Notes: a model not told the origin generated them from the letters alone. DNA of 64,000 nucleotides from Candidatus Latescibacterota bacterium (GCA_965248435.1 OZ252100.1:5120001-5184000); one strand, 5' to 3'. Shown: positions 1-10,687, counted from the first letter of the stretch. Numbers and translations: made by a program.

Positions 1-10
1 CGAGCGTGGA

Positions 11-1309
11 CTACAACACGAGACGGTCGAACGACTTGACGAAGACCAGAAAGTCCAGGAAGTCGACGCGACCGCTGTTGTCGAAGTCGAAGGCCGGAGC
101 GCTGCCGTTGAATGCAAGGGTAAAGGCGATGAAATCCAGAAAGTCGACCTTCCCGCTGTTGTCGAAATCGGTCCGCGGATCGGCGAATATCTGGACGCCG
201 GTTCCGGATATCGGGAGTTCGATGACCTCTCGCTCGGGATCGTTAGTGAAGATGCTGAGCGTACCCTGAAACTCACCTTCTGCGCCGGGTGAAACCGCGA
301 CCTTGAGGTCATAAGATGCACCGGCCTGTATTTCAAAGGAAGATTCCGACGGGGTAACGTTCTCCAGGTCCGATTCCACACCGGTGACGACCAGCTTGCC
401 CTCACCCGAATTCGTGATCCTGACGGTCCTTCGCATCGTGCGGCCCACCTCCGAATCCCCGAAGTCGACCCGGTCGACCGCGAGTTCGATCGCAGGGGGC
501 AGGGCGACGACCGCTATGGCCGGGATCGTGATCTCGAGGCTGGGCTGGTCGGTGTCGTTACTCGTCAGCGTCAGGCGGCCGGAGAGACTTCCATCCCGAA
601 CCGGCATCAACGTGATCTGAATCGTACCGGTTTCGCCCGGTTCGACCGTCAGTTCGGTAACGTCGACGGAGATCTCGTCCAGGTCCGAGCTGATTCCACT
701 GATGTCCAGCGTTCCGGTCCCGGTGTTCACGATATCGAGAGAGAGGGTACGTGAATCTCCGGGCTGGATCTCCGGCCCGAAGTCGAGCGTGTCGGCCGCC
801 TGGATCATGGGGGTCGAGATCAGCTGCTGAATGACTTCGGCGGCCTTTTGCCGGTCGAACCTTCCCGAGCCGCTCTTGTGCCGGACGACACCCTCCCGGT
901 CCACGACCAGCATCGCGTCGACCGAGCCGGCGGCGTTGACGCCGAGGGCGGTCACCCTTGAGGCCTGGAGGAGCAGTGGAAAGGAGACACCGGTCGTGTT
1001 TTCAAAGGCGTTTACCCCGGCCAGGCTGCCGTCCCACATGTCCAGCCCCAGGACCTGAACACCCTGATCTTCGAAGACCTGCCAGATTTCTGTTTCAATG
1101 GACGGACCCGTCCCGAAGCAGACACTTCAGTTGAATCCGAAGAAGTAGAGGACGAGCACGCCGTTTCTGAAATCGGTCGGAGCGTAATTCCTCCCATCGT
1201 GGCCGAGCAGCGAAAAATCAGGCAGTGCATCGCCCACGTTCAAGGCCTTGGCCTCGAGCGGCAGGGCAAGAAGACCCAGGATCAACCAAACCTTCGGTAC
1301 TCGTTCCAT
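11..1309 (-). CDS. Exported AhpC/TSA-like redoxin, probable selenoprotein (UxxC), with two Ig-like (choice-of-anchor D/HYDIN-type) domains and a C-terminal paired EF-hand/dockerin-like tail
   Basis: ORFs 1127..1330 and 11..1039 are in frame across TGA 1127-1129, reading YFFGFN-U-SVCFGTGP, which aligns to YFFGFR-C-PVCYGTGP of the neighbouring paralog. Signal peptide; DFDNSGKVDFLDF-type motif twice at the C-terminus. Confidence 0.85.
1100..1113 (-). promoter_or_regulatory. Putative bacterial SECIS hairpin (GGACG-GGTC-CGTCC)
   Basis: Hairpin begins 13 nt 3' of the in-frame TGA; identical sequence and spacing at 2916-2929. Confidence 0.7.
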
Positions 1310-1373
1310 TCCTTGCGCTCCTATGATCACTCCCGGCTGTTCGATTGCGGATTTCGGATTGCAGATTGCGGAT

Positions 1374-2078
1374 TCAGTTCAAGGGCTGGCCGAACGAGGA
1401 AGCGAAGACCAGGAAATCGCCGAAATCGACGCGGCCGCTGGCGTCCAGGTCGTAGGCCGTTTCATCGGTGTCGTAGGCCTGAGCGAAAAGGACGAAATCC
1501 AGGAAGTCGACGCCGCCGCTCTGGTCAAAATCGGCCCGCGGATCGGCGAGGGCGGAGTCGCTGTCCAAAAGTCCGGAGATGACGTTGGCCGCCCTTCTGA
1601 CATCCTCAGGCTGGGAAGTGCTGATGTGACGGATCACTCCCCCCTGGTCGATGACCATCAACGCGTCGATCTGACCCACAATATTCACCTCGAACCTGTT
1701 CACAGCCGTTTGGGCGGTCCCATTCAACAGCAACGGAAATGTCGTGCCGGTGATCCTGCTGAAATTCAAAACTCCGGACTCACTCCCGTTCCACATCTCG
1801 ATGCCGAGCACCTGAAGGTCACGGTCTTTGAAGGCCTGCCATATTTCACGCTCGACGAACGGGCCCGTTCCATAACATACGGGACAGCGGAATCCGAAGA
1901 AATAGAGGACGAGGACCCTCCCGCTGAAGTCGTCAGATTCATACGTCCCTCCTCCGAGCGCGTCCAGGGCGAAACCGGGCGCCTGATCGCCGACGTTGAT
2001 CGCGGAGATCAGGGTGGGCAGTGAAAGGGATGCAGCGAGGACCCAAAGAATAAGATAAGCTGACGGCCGTCTTTTCAT
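1374..2078 (-). CDS. Exported AhpC/TSA-like redoxin (CxxC paralog) with paired EF-hand/dockerin-like tail
   Basis: Signal peptide, VGDQAPGF motif, CPVC, two DFD/DLD-xSGxVDF repeats. Confidence 0.85.
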   Translation of the reverse strand: MKRRPSAYLILWVLAASLSLPTLISAINVGDQAPGFALDALGGGTYESDDFSGRVLVLYFFGFRCPVCYGTGPFVEREIWQAFKDRDLQVLGIEMWNGSESGVLNFSRITGTTFPLLLNGTAQTAVNRFEVNIVGQIDALMVIDQGGVIRHISTSQPEDVRRAANVISGLLDSDSALADPRADFDQSGGVDFLDFVLFAQAYDTDETAYDLDASGRVDFGDFLVFASSFGQPLN

Positions 2079-2105
2079 CCAGGTCTGTGCCTCGGATCAA
2101 ACGTT

Positions 2106-3125
2106 TCAGCCCAGAGGCCTGTTGAAGGATGTGGCAAAGATGATGAGATCTCCGAAATCGACCCGGCCGCTGGCGTCCAGGTCGAACGCCGGGTCCGTGG
2201 TGTCGAAGGCCTGCGAGAAGCGGACGAAGTCCAGGAAATCGACCTCGCCGCTCCCGTCAAAGTCGGTTCGGGGATCGGCGAAGCGGACGACCGTCTCTCC
2301 GGAGAAGGGGATCATCAGCTCAGGCGTGGCAGGGTCGTTGCTCAAGACGCTCAACGTCCCGGAGAAGGGCCCCTCCTCGGCCGGCGTTACCGTGACGTTG
2401 ATCTCGTGACTCTCTCCGGGGGGGATACTTATCCCTGAGATGTTTGTCGTGATCTCAGACAGGTCGGACCGGACCCCCGTGATATCGAGAGGGGCCGTGC
2501 CAGAGTTGATGACTTCCAAAGTGAAGGTCCTGGATACGCCCGACTCGAGTTGCGAGCCGAGGGTCAGGGCGTTAACGCGCGTCTCAATCGCGGGCTTGTC
2601 GAGAAGCTCCGTAATGGTTTTCGCCGCGACGTCTATCGATTCCCCCGCGAAACGGATGATGCCCTGCTGGTCCGCGACGATGATGTCATCGATGCGACGC
2701 AAAACGCCACTGTAATCGGTCGCGTAGAGGTAGTTTTCGAGGGGCATACCATTCGCATCGAAATTCGTCCTGCTGGCGGCGCGCAGTAGAAGCGGAAAGG
2801 TCACGCCCGTGATCGCCCTGAAGTTGTCCACGCCCGTCGCGCTCCCGTTCCAGATGTCCAGGCCGAGAACCTGCACGCCCTGGTCCTCGAACGCCTTCCA
2901 TAGTTCTTTTTCGATGGACGGACCCGTCCCGTAGCAGATCGTTCAGTCGAAGCCGAAGTGATACAGGACGATGACCTTACCCTCGAAGTCCGCCGACCTG
3001 TAGGTGTCGCCAATGCCGTCATGCAGGGCAAAGGGGGTAAGCGGTCTTCCCACCTCGGCCGTCACGCTGGCAAAGCCGAGGCACAGGAGGACCGCTGTCA
3101 GGGCCGGTTTGGCAAGCTTGAACAA
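2106..3125 (-). CDS. Exported AhpC/TSA-like redoxin, probable selenoprotein (UxxC), one Ig-like domain and EF-hand/dockerin-like tail
   Basis: ORFs 2943..3125 and 2106..2876 are in frame across TGA 2943-2945, reading HFGFD-U-TICYGTGP. AAGGAG RBS before the TTG start. Confidence 0.85.
2916..2929 (-). promoter_or_regulatory. Putative bacterial SECIS hairpin
   Basis: GGACGGGTCCGTCC 13 nt after the TGA, identical to 1100-1113. Confidence 0.7.
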
Positions 3126-3164
3126 TTCTGTTCTGGCTCCTTCCCTCTTGAGGCTCGGCGTACA

Positions 3165-4712
3165 TCAGAAATGAGTGGTCAGCCGCATCTCCATCCCGCG
3201 GAACGGGAGCACCTGATAGCACGTCCCGGAGGTGCACGCCGTGCCTCCGCGACGTTTCCCCGCGAACAGGATGGCGTCGTGTCGTCCGAAAAACTGCGCG
3301 TTCAGATTTATCCCCCACCACGTCACCGGGTCGGTCTCGCGCTCGAAGGTCTCAGGCCTGTCCACTTCCACAGGGTCGGAGGACCGGTCTGTTTGTAAGG
3401 CCGCGCCGAAGCCTGCAGGGTGCTGCCAGGAGAGGGAGGCGTAGGTTTCCGTAAAAAGGGCAGACCCTTCGGGAGGATGAGCTGCCCGCTGCAGCTGGAA
3501 ATCGAATTCAAATCGGTGATCTGTCGGCGTGGAGGTGCCCAGGGTAAACCCCCCGACCCGTCGCCTTGAAATGCCTCGCAGCTCATCCTTGCCCCAGTCG
3601 AAAAAGGCGGTCGCGGTGAACTCGGGATAGAATCTATCGAAGTCCATCTCCAGGTATTGCTCTTCGAAGTCCCTGCTGATGTCGGCGATGTCGTTGCGCC
3701 CCCGGCTCAAGTTGGCCGTAAACGTGGCGAGCCCGGGCTGGTTGTAGGTCGCCTCTATCTGGTAGCCCCTTTCGTTCTGCGGGAAGAGGACGTGTGTGGC
3801 CCGGTTGAGCAGGTATGCGCTATGTTCTCTGACCAGGGACGGCGGATCGTTGACCTGCGAAGAGAGAAGATCGTCGGTCCTGAGTGAAAATCCGTCATAG
3901 TCCTTGTACTCGAAGCCGAATCCCAATCGGGTTCCGCCGAGGTCTCCGGACAGGTAGAAAGCCCGACCCTCTTCTTCCACTCCGGCCCGGTTGGCGATCT
4001 CTCCGTACAGACTCGCGTAAATGTCCTGAATCCCGGAGCGCTCGATCAGGGGGGTCAGTTCGATGCTCCCGATGCCCGACCAGACCCAGTTCGAATCCAG
4101 ACGCCCCGGATCGAGTGCGACCCACGTCCCGCCTACCCTCAGAGGATCCAGGAGCCGGACAGAGAGTTCGCCGCCCGCGACCCAGTCCTGTCTCCGATCC
4201 AGCCCCGATATGTCCGGTGGGACATCCGCCCTCACGGGTCGCCCCACGAGGGCCTTCGCCTCCGCCCGATTGCCGATCCAGGAGACTATTCCCCCTTCCA
4301 GGTCCTGGGAGGGGGTGTAGCGCCTGCGAAAATTGTTGTCTTCGAGGATGACGCCCGGAAGCTCGAAGGCCCTGAGGGTGAGTCCGCGGCCAAGGATGGC
4401 GTAGTAATTACCTGCCACGACCTCGGCGGAACCCAACGTCCAGCGCGCATATTTTTGGGACAGGTTGAGGATGCGTCGATCCTCGCCCAGGGCCTCGAAG
4501 ATTTCGGCGCGGAGTCCGACCTGGATCCTGCTGCTCGGGGCATACTCGAGATTGAACTGCTCGTAGACGGTCGAGATGTCCTCGGCATCCGAACCCGGCA
4601 CCTTGCCCCGCTGCACCTCCGTGACGCTGGACAGGACCACCTGGGCGCCCGCCTTCGCGAAAGAGAGCAGCAGGCCCAGGACCATCAGGCTACATTTCAG
4701 CACGATCAACAT
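3165..4712 (-). CDS. Outer-membrane beta-barrel-like protein, DUF6029-like
   Basis: Signal peptide, amphipathic beta strands, GNYYAILGRGLTLR motif, C-terminal GGTACTSGTC..PFRG..F; adjacent to TlpA as usual for this family. Confidence 0.7.
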   Translation of the reverse strand: MLIVLKCSLMVLGLLLSFAKAGAQVVLSSVTEVQRGKVPGSDAEDISTVYEQFNLEYAPSSRIQVGLRAEIFEALGEDRRILNLSQKYARWTLGSAEVVAGNYYAILGRGLTLRAFELPGVILEDNNFRRRYTPSQDLEGGIVSWIGNRAEAKALVGRPVRADVPPDISGLDRRQDWVAGGELSVRLLDPLRVGGTWVALDPGRLDSNWVWSGIGSIELTPLIERSGIQDIYASLYGEIANRAGVEEEGRAFYLSGDLGGTRLGFGFEYKDYDGFSLRTDDLLSSQVNDPPSLVREHSAYLLNRATHVLFPQNERGYQIEATYNQPGLATFTANLSRGRNDIADISRDFEEQYLEMDFDRFYPEFTATAFFDWGKDELRGISRRRVGGFTLGTSTPTDHRFEFDFQLQRAAHPPEGSALFTETYASLSWQHPAGFGAALQTDRSSDPVEVDRPETFERETDPVTWWGINLNAQFFGRHDAILFAGKRRGGTACTSGTCYQVLPFRGMEMRLTTHF

Positions 4713-5256
4713 CAGGTGGCTCTTCGGTCTCCTGCTCAGCGGGGAGCGCGGCCTCGATTGCGTTGAGCAGGTCCTTGTGTTGACTGGGCCTGAATCCGGA
4801 TAAACGAAGCAGGATTTCCCCGTCGGGGGCGACCAAAAGCGTGGCAGGCAGGGAAGTCACCTGGAACCGGCGCATGACCCCGCCATCGCTGTCGATCACG
4901 ACCGGAATGGTGATCTTTCTCGCCCTGATGAACGGTTTTACTTTCGTCCGACTGCGCGGTCCGTCTTCGTTGACCCCGAGTACGGTGAGACCGCGATCCT
5001 TGAAGCGTTCGTGGAGCCCCACCAGTTTCGGCATCGCCTTGAGACAGGGTTTGCACCAGGTTGCCCAAAAATCGATCAGGACGGGTCCGTTCTTCCGCAG
5101 TGCGGACAGCCTGATCTGTTTCCCCTCCGGAGTTGGGAGGCTGAAGTCGGGCGCCTGGGTCCCGGAGGTGGGTTGCGGCAGCAGCAGCCCGCATAGCACC
5201 AACAGGACCACGGGGGTGCCCCATTTTTGTGTGGACTTCAATTCTGAGGTACACAT
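4690..5256 (-). CDS. TlpA/ResA-family thiol-disulfide oxidoreductase
   Basis: APDFSL...DFWATWCKPC; N-terminal hydrophobic segment; start uncertain. Confidence 0.9.
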   Translation of the reverse strand: MCTSELKSTQKWGTPVVLLVLCGLLLPQPTSGTQAPDFSLPTPEGKQIRLSALRKNGPVLIDFWATWCKPCLKAMPKLVGLHERFKDRGLTVLGVNEDGPRSRTKVKPFIRARKITIPVVIDSDGGVMRRFQVTSLPATLLVAPDGEILLRLSGFRPSQHKDLLNAIEAALPAEQETEEPPDVDRAEM

Positions 5257-5608
5257 AAGGGCCTCCGGTCTCCGATGTCCCACAGGTTGGCTAAGTCTTT
5301 AAATGTCAAAATAAACAACGTGTTCTCTAATATATGTAAAGCGAGCTCCCCTGACAATATCCGAGGCGGGCGCAAATCTGCCCGTCAGGAATCGGGATTA
5401 GAAAATAGCCAAATGCGTGCCGCGATTCGAGTTTCGCTGCATGGCATTTATTTACAGTGGGATATAGCTGATTGTCAGGTTTTACGGATGGCCAGGGTCG
5501 GCCCGTGTGGTCGCAGGTGGGCTGCACGGTCTCACGATGACGTAAGAGGACCTACCTTTTAAAAGACGGGATGCAGCCGAGGGGTGGCGCTTTGGGTGTA
5601 GACCCTGA

Positions 5609-6409
5609 TCAGAGATTCGCACTCAGCCAGCTCAGGATTTCTTGAACCGGGTCGGCTTCACGCAGCAGGAAGTATCCGGAGGCCGCCCCCTGATAGCCCG
5701 TGAGTCGAACCGGACTCGCCGTCTGCTGCGCCATGGACTCGGCGGAGGTATAAGAGAAGCCGTCTCCGAAGGCGGCCAGAAACAGGACGGAGCTTGGCCG
5801 AAAGTTGGACAGGCCCTGAACATACTGCGGCCCGAGGCTGGGTTGCCCTTCCCTGTATTGTGGGGAGATAGAAACGGCCGTCTTGACCTCAGGATAGATG
5901 GACGAGCTTAGAAAGGCGAGGTTTCCGCCGATCTCGACCCCGATGACCGCGATCCGCCCGCTGTCCGCATCCTGGCGGGTCTTGATAAAGCCGATCGCGG
6001 ACCGGACGTCATCCAGCATCTGATTCACTTCGTCCGCCGTAAAAACGCTGAAGGGAGAGTAAACGCCGTTCTTGTCCGTACTCTGACCGTGTCCGCGCAT
6101 GTCGATGGCCAGGGTCAGGTAGCCGCTCCGGACCAACTTCGGGATGAATTCGGGGATAAGGGAGAACCACTGCGTGTGGTTCCCTGAGAACCAGTGGAGC
6201 AGGAGCACGACCGGCCGGGTGCCGCTCTGGTTGCCAGGGGTAAACCAGGTGCCGAAGATCGTGTAGCCATCGTCGGTGGCAAAGCTGGCCGGCTCCATCC
6301 TGACGATCTCGGCGGTTGTGTTCGTCTCTCCGCCTGTGGGCGAATCCTCTCCACAGCCTGCGCCGAACAGGAACAGAAGCAATAAGAAACAGTAACGGTA
6401 CGTGGTCAT
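5609..6409 (-). CDS. Alpha/beta-hydrolase-fold lipoprotein with non-canonical catalytic motifs
   Basis: Lipobox GAGC; VLLLH, AIDMRGHGQS; nucleophile elbow reads GVEIGG. Confidence 0.75.
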   Translation of the reverse strand: MTTYRYCFLLLLFLFGAGCGEDSPTGGETNTTAEIVRMEPASFATDDGYTIFGTWFTPGNQSGTRPVVLLLHWFSGNHTQWFSLIPEFIPKLVRSGYLTLAIDMRGHGQSTDKNGVYSPFSVFTADEVNQMLDDVRSAIGFIKTRQDADSGRIAVIGVEIGGNLAFLSSSIYPEVKTAVSISPQYREGQPSLGPQYVQGLSNFRPSSVLFLAAFGDGFSYTSAESMAQQTASPVRLTGYQGAASGYFLLREADPVQEILSWLSANL

Positions 6410-6618
6410 GGGGCTCTCCTGTTGGATGGTCAGCAATACCTCAAAGAATTAACCAAATTGCCGGCAGGGCGGCAAGCGAGAAGGTGCGAAATGAGTCATA
6501 AATGCCCGAGCTAAGGTTGCCCTATTCCTCCTTGACTTCTCGCACTGCCGGCCTCATACTATTGTTTAAAATCAATGACATGCTTCAATAAACGACCCAA
6601 CCCACCATCGGTTCCACC

Positions 6619-6987
6619 ATGGCTGAAGCCGAGCAATTCACAGATCCGACAGGCAGAGCCTGGGTCGCCGTACCTGCCCCGGACTATGTCGACGGTCAGC
6701 GCGGACAGAGGCTCCTGGAAGTCTGCCTCCAGCTTATGGAAAAGGGCGTGAACCACGTTGCGCTGAATCTCGAACAGACGCGCGTGGTAAACAGCGTGGG
6801 CGTGTCGCGGCTGATCGAGCTTGTGGAGGCCTTCGCCAAGCAGTCCGGAACCTCGGTCGCTTTCTGCACGTCGAATCCGGTTATTTCCAAGACCTTTCGT
6901 ATTATGGGGCTTGCGCAAAAGGCGTCGCTTCTGGACAGTGTCGCGACGCTCAAAAACATGGGCCCCGGGCCTCAGGAGGATGTTTGA
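6619..6987 (+). CDS. STAS anti-anti-sigma factor
   Basis: LNLEQTRVVNSVGVSRLIE with phosphoacceptor Ser; paralog of 10337..10687. Confidence 0.85.
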   Translation: MAEAEQFTDPTGRAWVAVPAPDYVDGQRGQRLLEVCLQLMEKGVNHVALNLEQTRVVNSVGVSRLIELVEAFAKQSGTSVAFCTSNPVISKTFRIMGLAQKASLLDSVATLKNMGPGPQEDV

Positions 6988-6989
6988 GG

Positions 6990-7841
6990 ATGAACGAGAG
7001 GCCTCAGCTGTTCGCGGTGGGGGTACCCCTCCCCGAACTGGAGACCATCCGTTCGAATCTGCCTGCGCTGGAGTTGACTTCGGCCGATGACGCCGCCAGT
7101 GCGGCGGAGACCCTCCGCAAGCGGGAACATCATTACGGGGTGGTCCTGCTTGACCCCCAGGCCCTGGGGGAGGGCGTCGATGCATTTGTGGCATACCTCC
7201 GCGGCTCCTTCGCCGACGTTTCTCTCGCTGCGCTGGGACAAATTCCTGAAGAGGAACGGAAGCGACTCAAACTGTTGGGGGTGTCACATTTTTTTGAGAC
7301 TCCGCTCAACGAAGAATCGGTGGAGCTTTTGTCGCAGATCTCATCCGAACCGAGGAGAAGGCGTGGGACCATGACCGACTGGTCCGTCACGATCGACAAG
7401 AGTAATTGGATCGAAGTCACCGTGCCCAGCAAGGAAGACTACGTATCGAGGATACAGCAGCTGATCGACGTGCTCGAGCAGAGCCGGTTGGATCAGGACA
7501 CGCGCGACGAACTACAGCTTGCAGTGGATGAGCTCGTTCGAAACGCGATCGAGTGGGGCAACCGCCGCGACGCGGAAAAGCAAGTGCGTATCAGCTATTA
7601 CTGTGCGGAGGACCGGGTGATTCTGAAAGTGGAGGATGAGGGTGAAGGGTTCAACGCCGCGGCATTGAGAGATCCGACCGAAGATCTGGAAAAGCATATG
7701 GCAGATCGCGCCGCCGCAGGAAAACGCATGGGGGGGCTGGGTCTTCATTTGATTCGTAATCTGATGGATGAGGTGATTCACAACGACTCCGGAAACGTGG
7801 TGATGTTGACGAAGTATCTGGACCAGGGAAAAAGATCTTAA
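6990..7841 (+). CDS. Degenerate receiver-like domain + RsbW-type HATPase (anti-sigma Ser kinase)
   Basis: LAVDELVRNAIEWGN, VEDEGEGF, GGLGLHLIRNLMDEV. Confidence 0.85.
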   Translation: MNERPQLFAVGVPLPELETIRSNLPALELTSADDAASAAETLRKREHHYGVVLLDPQALGEGVDAFVAYLRGSFADVSLAALGQIPEEERKRLKLLGVSHFFETPLNEESVELLSQISSEPRRRRGTMTDWSVTIDKSNWIEVTVPSKEDYVSRIQQLIDVLEQSRLDQDTRDELQLAVDELVRNAIEWGNRRDAEKQVRISYYCAEDRVILKVEDEGEGFNAAALRDPTEDLEKHMADRAAAGKRMGGLGLHLIRNLMDEVIHNDSGNVVMLTKYLDQGKRS

Positions 7842-7844
7842 CGT

Positions 7845-10321
7845 ATGGATGCCCCTGCGGTGTCTCCGGAAGACCGGACCGACAGACTGCTCTACAGCAT
7901 GAGTTCCCTCTACGAGATGGGCGACCTGATCGCATCGGAAGCGGATATCGAAGAGGTCGCCGAGACGGCTTTGCGGGGCATCATGGGGGCGGTCGCTGTT
8001 TCGTCGGGGGCGCTGCTTATCGACGATGCCAAAGACGGGTGTCTCCGGACCTCGGCGGTCCGGGGGGTTAAGGTGGGTCTGTCCCCGGTTTCGATCGACG
8101 CGTCTGCTCGATCGTTTTTGGCTCGGAAGAAGCGCCCGATCCTTTTCGAGGCGGGCGAATGGCCGAGTGAGCTCAACTGCTGCCGCGAGTCGCTGATGCG
8201 CCTGAACCCTCGCGTCTGGATTCCACTCGTTTTTCGAAACGAGGTCCAGGGGATCCTGAGTCTCGGCGAAAAGTTCCTGGGGGTCGACTACTCGAAGATG
8301 ACGTCCAGCTCCTGTGGACGACGGGGCGACACCTTTCCATCGGCCTCTACAATCAGCGGCTGATTTCCGAGATTCGAAACGCAACATTTCAAGTGAACCG
8401 AAAGGTCGTGGAGCTCGAAACCCTCTACGACGCCGGACTGGCCTTAGGGTCTTCCCTTCAGGTAAAGGAAGTCATCGAGGAGGTGCTGCTGCTGTCGGTC
8501 GGCATCGTGGATGCCCGGGGCGGCTGTTTGATTCTGAAAGACGAACAAACCGGGCGATTTGGGCTCGAGCATTCTGTAGGACTCACGTCCGAGGCGTGTG
8601 AGGTGATGGGTGAGACTTCCTTCCGCCGCAAGATCGCCAGGATGATCAGCTCCAGGAAACCGCTCGAGCCTAGCTCGAAAGATTTCTCGCGTGAGCCGGA
8701 TTTCGAGTTTGCGCTTGCCGCTCCCGTCGGCGAAGTAGGCGGAATCGTTGTCGTCGACAAAGAGACACACGAAGGCATTCAGGCGTTCACGGAAGCGGAC
8801 GCCCATCTTCTGGAACTGATGGGCCAGCAGGCCGGGGCCGCGATCGCGAATGCGCGGCTCTACAAGAGTATGGTGGAGGTCAAGAACTACCAGCAGAACG
8901 TTCTTACAAGCATCGGCAATGGTGTGATTTCAACCGACCTGAAGGGCCGGATCGTGCAGGTGAATCCGTCTGTCAGGAGGATCTTTGGAATCGAAGAGAG
9001 TCTGCGCGGCAAGTCGTGCGCACGGTTTTTTCAAAGGAGCGGATGCAGAGAGATCGCACAGGCCGTAGCGGCCTCTCTAAAGGATGGTGAAGACCGAACG
9101 GTCGTCGGCGAGAACGTCCAGGAACGGGAGATCGCGCTGGACGCCAGCATCACGAGCCTCAGGAACGAACAGGATGAAGTCCAGGGCCTGGTGATCGCGC
9201 TCGAGGATCTGAGCCGAGAGACCCGGATGCGGACGATGTTCAAACAGTATGCGAGCGATCAGGTCGTGGACCTGCTCCTTGCCGACAACAACAGGCCGGT
9301 TCTGGGCGGGGAAATACGGGACGTCACCATCCTCTTCGTGGATGTGCGCGGGTCGACCGCGCTGCTGAGCCGGATCGGCCCGGAAGAGATGGTGCTGCTT
9401 CTCAACGAATGCTTTTCCCGTTTGAACGAGATCATCTTCGGATACAACGGCACGTTCGATAAGTATACAGGCGACGGTTTCATGGTGGTCTATGGCGCAC
9501 CGGTCGCGTTTCCTGACGACAGCGAGCGCGCCGTGATGTCGGCCCTGGCCATGCACCAGGAGATGGAGCGGTTCAATCGGGATCGAGGCGACGCACTCGG
9601 GCTTGGCTACGGGATTACTCGTGGAAAGGTGCTGGCCGGGAACATCGGCTCGATTCGGCGAATGGAGTACACGGTCATCGGACCGGCCGTCGGACTTTCG
9701 GCACGTCTCTGTGACGCGGCCCGCGGCGGAGAGATCTGGACCGGTCCGGAGATACACGCGGAGTTGAAGGACCGTTTTGACTTCGAATCCCGCGGGATTC
9801 AGAGGTTTAAGGGTCTGGATCCGACACACGTCTACGAGGTTTTCGGACCCCGGGGTACGCGTCGGCGCCCGACCAGGAAAGGAGGTGGGAAGATGGTGGA
9901 ACGCAGATCCAAGGCAGAGCCCAAAATAGATCTGACGATCCCCATGATTCCGGACATGGAGCTTGCGGCCAGCAAGACGGCGGAGGGGGTCGGCGAGTTT
10001 ATGGGGTTGGACCAGAATAAGGTCGAAGAAGTGAAAATGGCTTTGATCGAGGCGTGCATCAATGCCTTCGAACACAGCCAGAGCAAGGACCGCCGTGTCT
10101 TCCTGGATTTCGATGTGGGAAACGATGCACTCACGATACGGATTTCTGACCGGGGTCAGGGATTCGATCCGGAGCGTGCACAGGAAATTGCGATCGAGCG
10201 GAGGGAGCGGCACGAGAGCCGCCGCGGGTGGGGGTTGAAGATCATAGAAGAGTTGATGGACGAAGTGGACATCAAATCCGACGAGAACGGTACGGTCATT
10301 ACCATGGTGAAGCGTCACTGA
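7845..10321 (+). CDS. GAF-GAF-PAS-class III cyclase-RsbW HATPase multidomain protein, split by an apparent 1-nt frameshift near 8293
   Basis: ...GVDYS continues in the second frame as EDDVQLLWTTGRHLSIGLYNQRL into ORF 8393..10321. Cyclase motifs TILFVDVRGST, DKYTGDG; kinase motifs IEACINAFEHS, SDRGQGF, RGWGLKII. Confidence 0.8.
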
Positions 10322-10336
10322 GGACAGGAGTCGGCA

Positions 10337-10687
10337 ATGTCAGAGAGTCTGCAGGTACGGGTTCGGCGGGAGGGAGAGATCGGGGTCCTCGAGACCGACG
10401 GCTACATCAATAATCTTGGGGCCGAAAAGGTCGCGGAAATGTGCGAAGGGTTGATTCAGGAGGGCGTCAAGGACTTCGTGATCAACCTCGAGAAGTCGCG
10501 GATCATCAACAGCATCGGGATCTCGATCCTGATCGAGGTCATCGAGAAGGTCAGGGGCCTGGAGGGAAACGTCGCGTTTTGCTGTGTGACGCCCACCATC
10601 GCGAAGACGTTCAAGATTATGGGGCTTCTGAAGGCGTCGAGCATCCACGATGACGAGAGCGCGGCGGTTGCCGCCTTGGCCGGGTGA
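10337..10687 (+). CDS. STAS anti-anti-sigma factor (RsbV/SpoIIAA-like)
   Basis: INLEKSRIINSIGISILIE. Confidence 0.9.
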   Translation: MSESLQVRVRREGEIGVLETDGYINNLGAEKVAEMCEGLIQEGVKDFVINLEKSRIINSIGISILIEVIEKVRGLEGNVAFCCVTPTIAKTFKIMGLLKASSIHDDESAAVAALAG

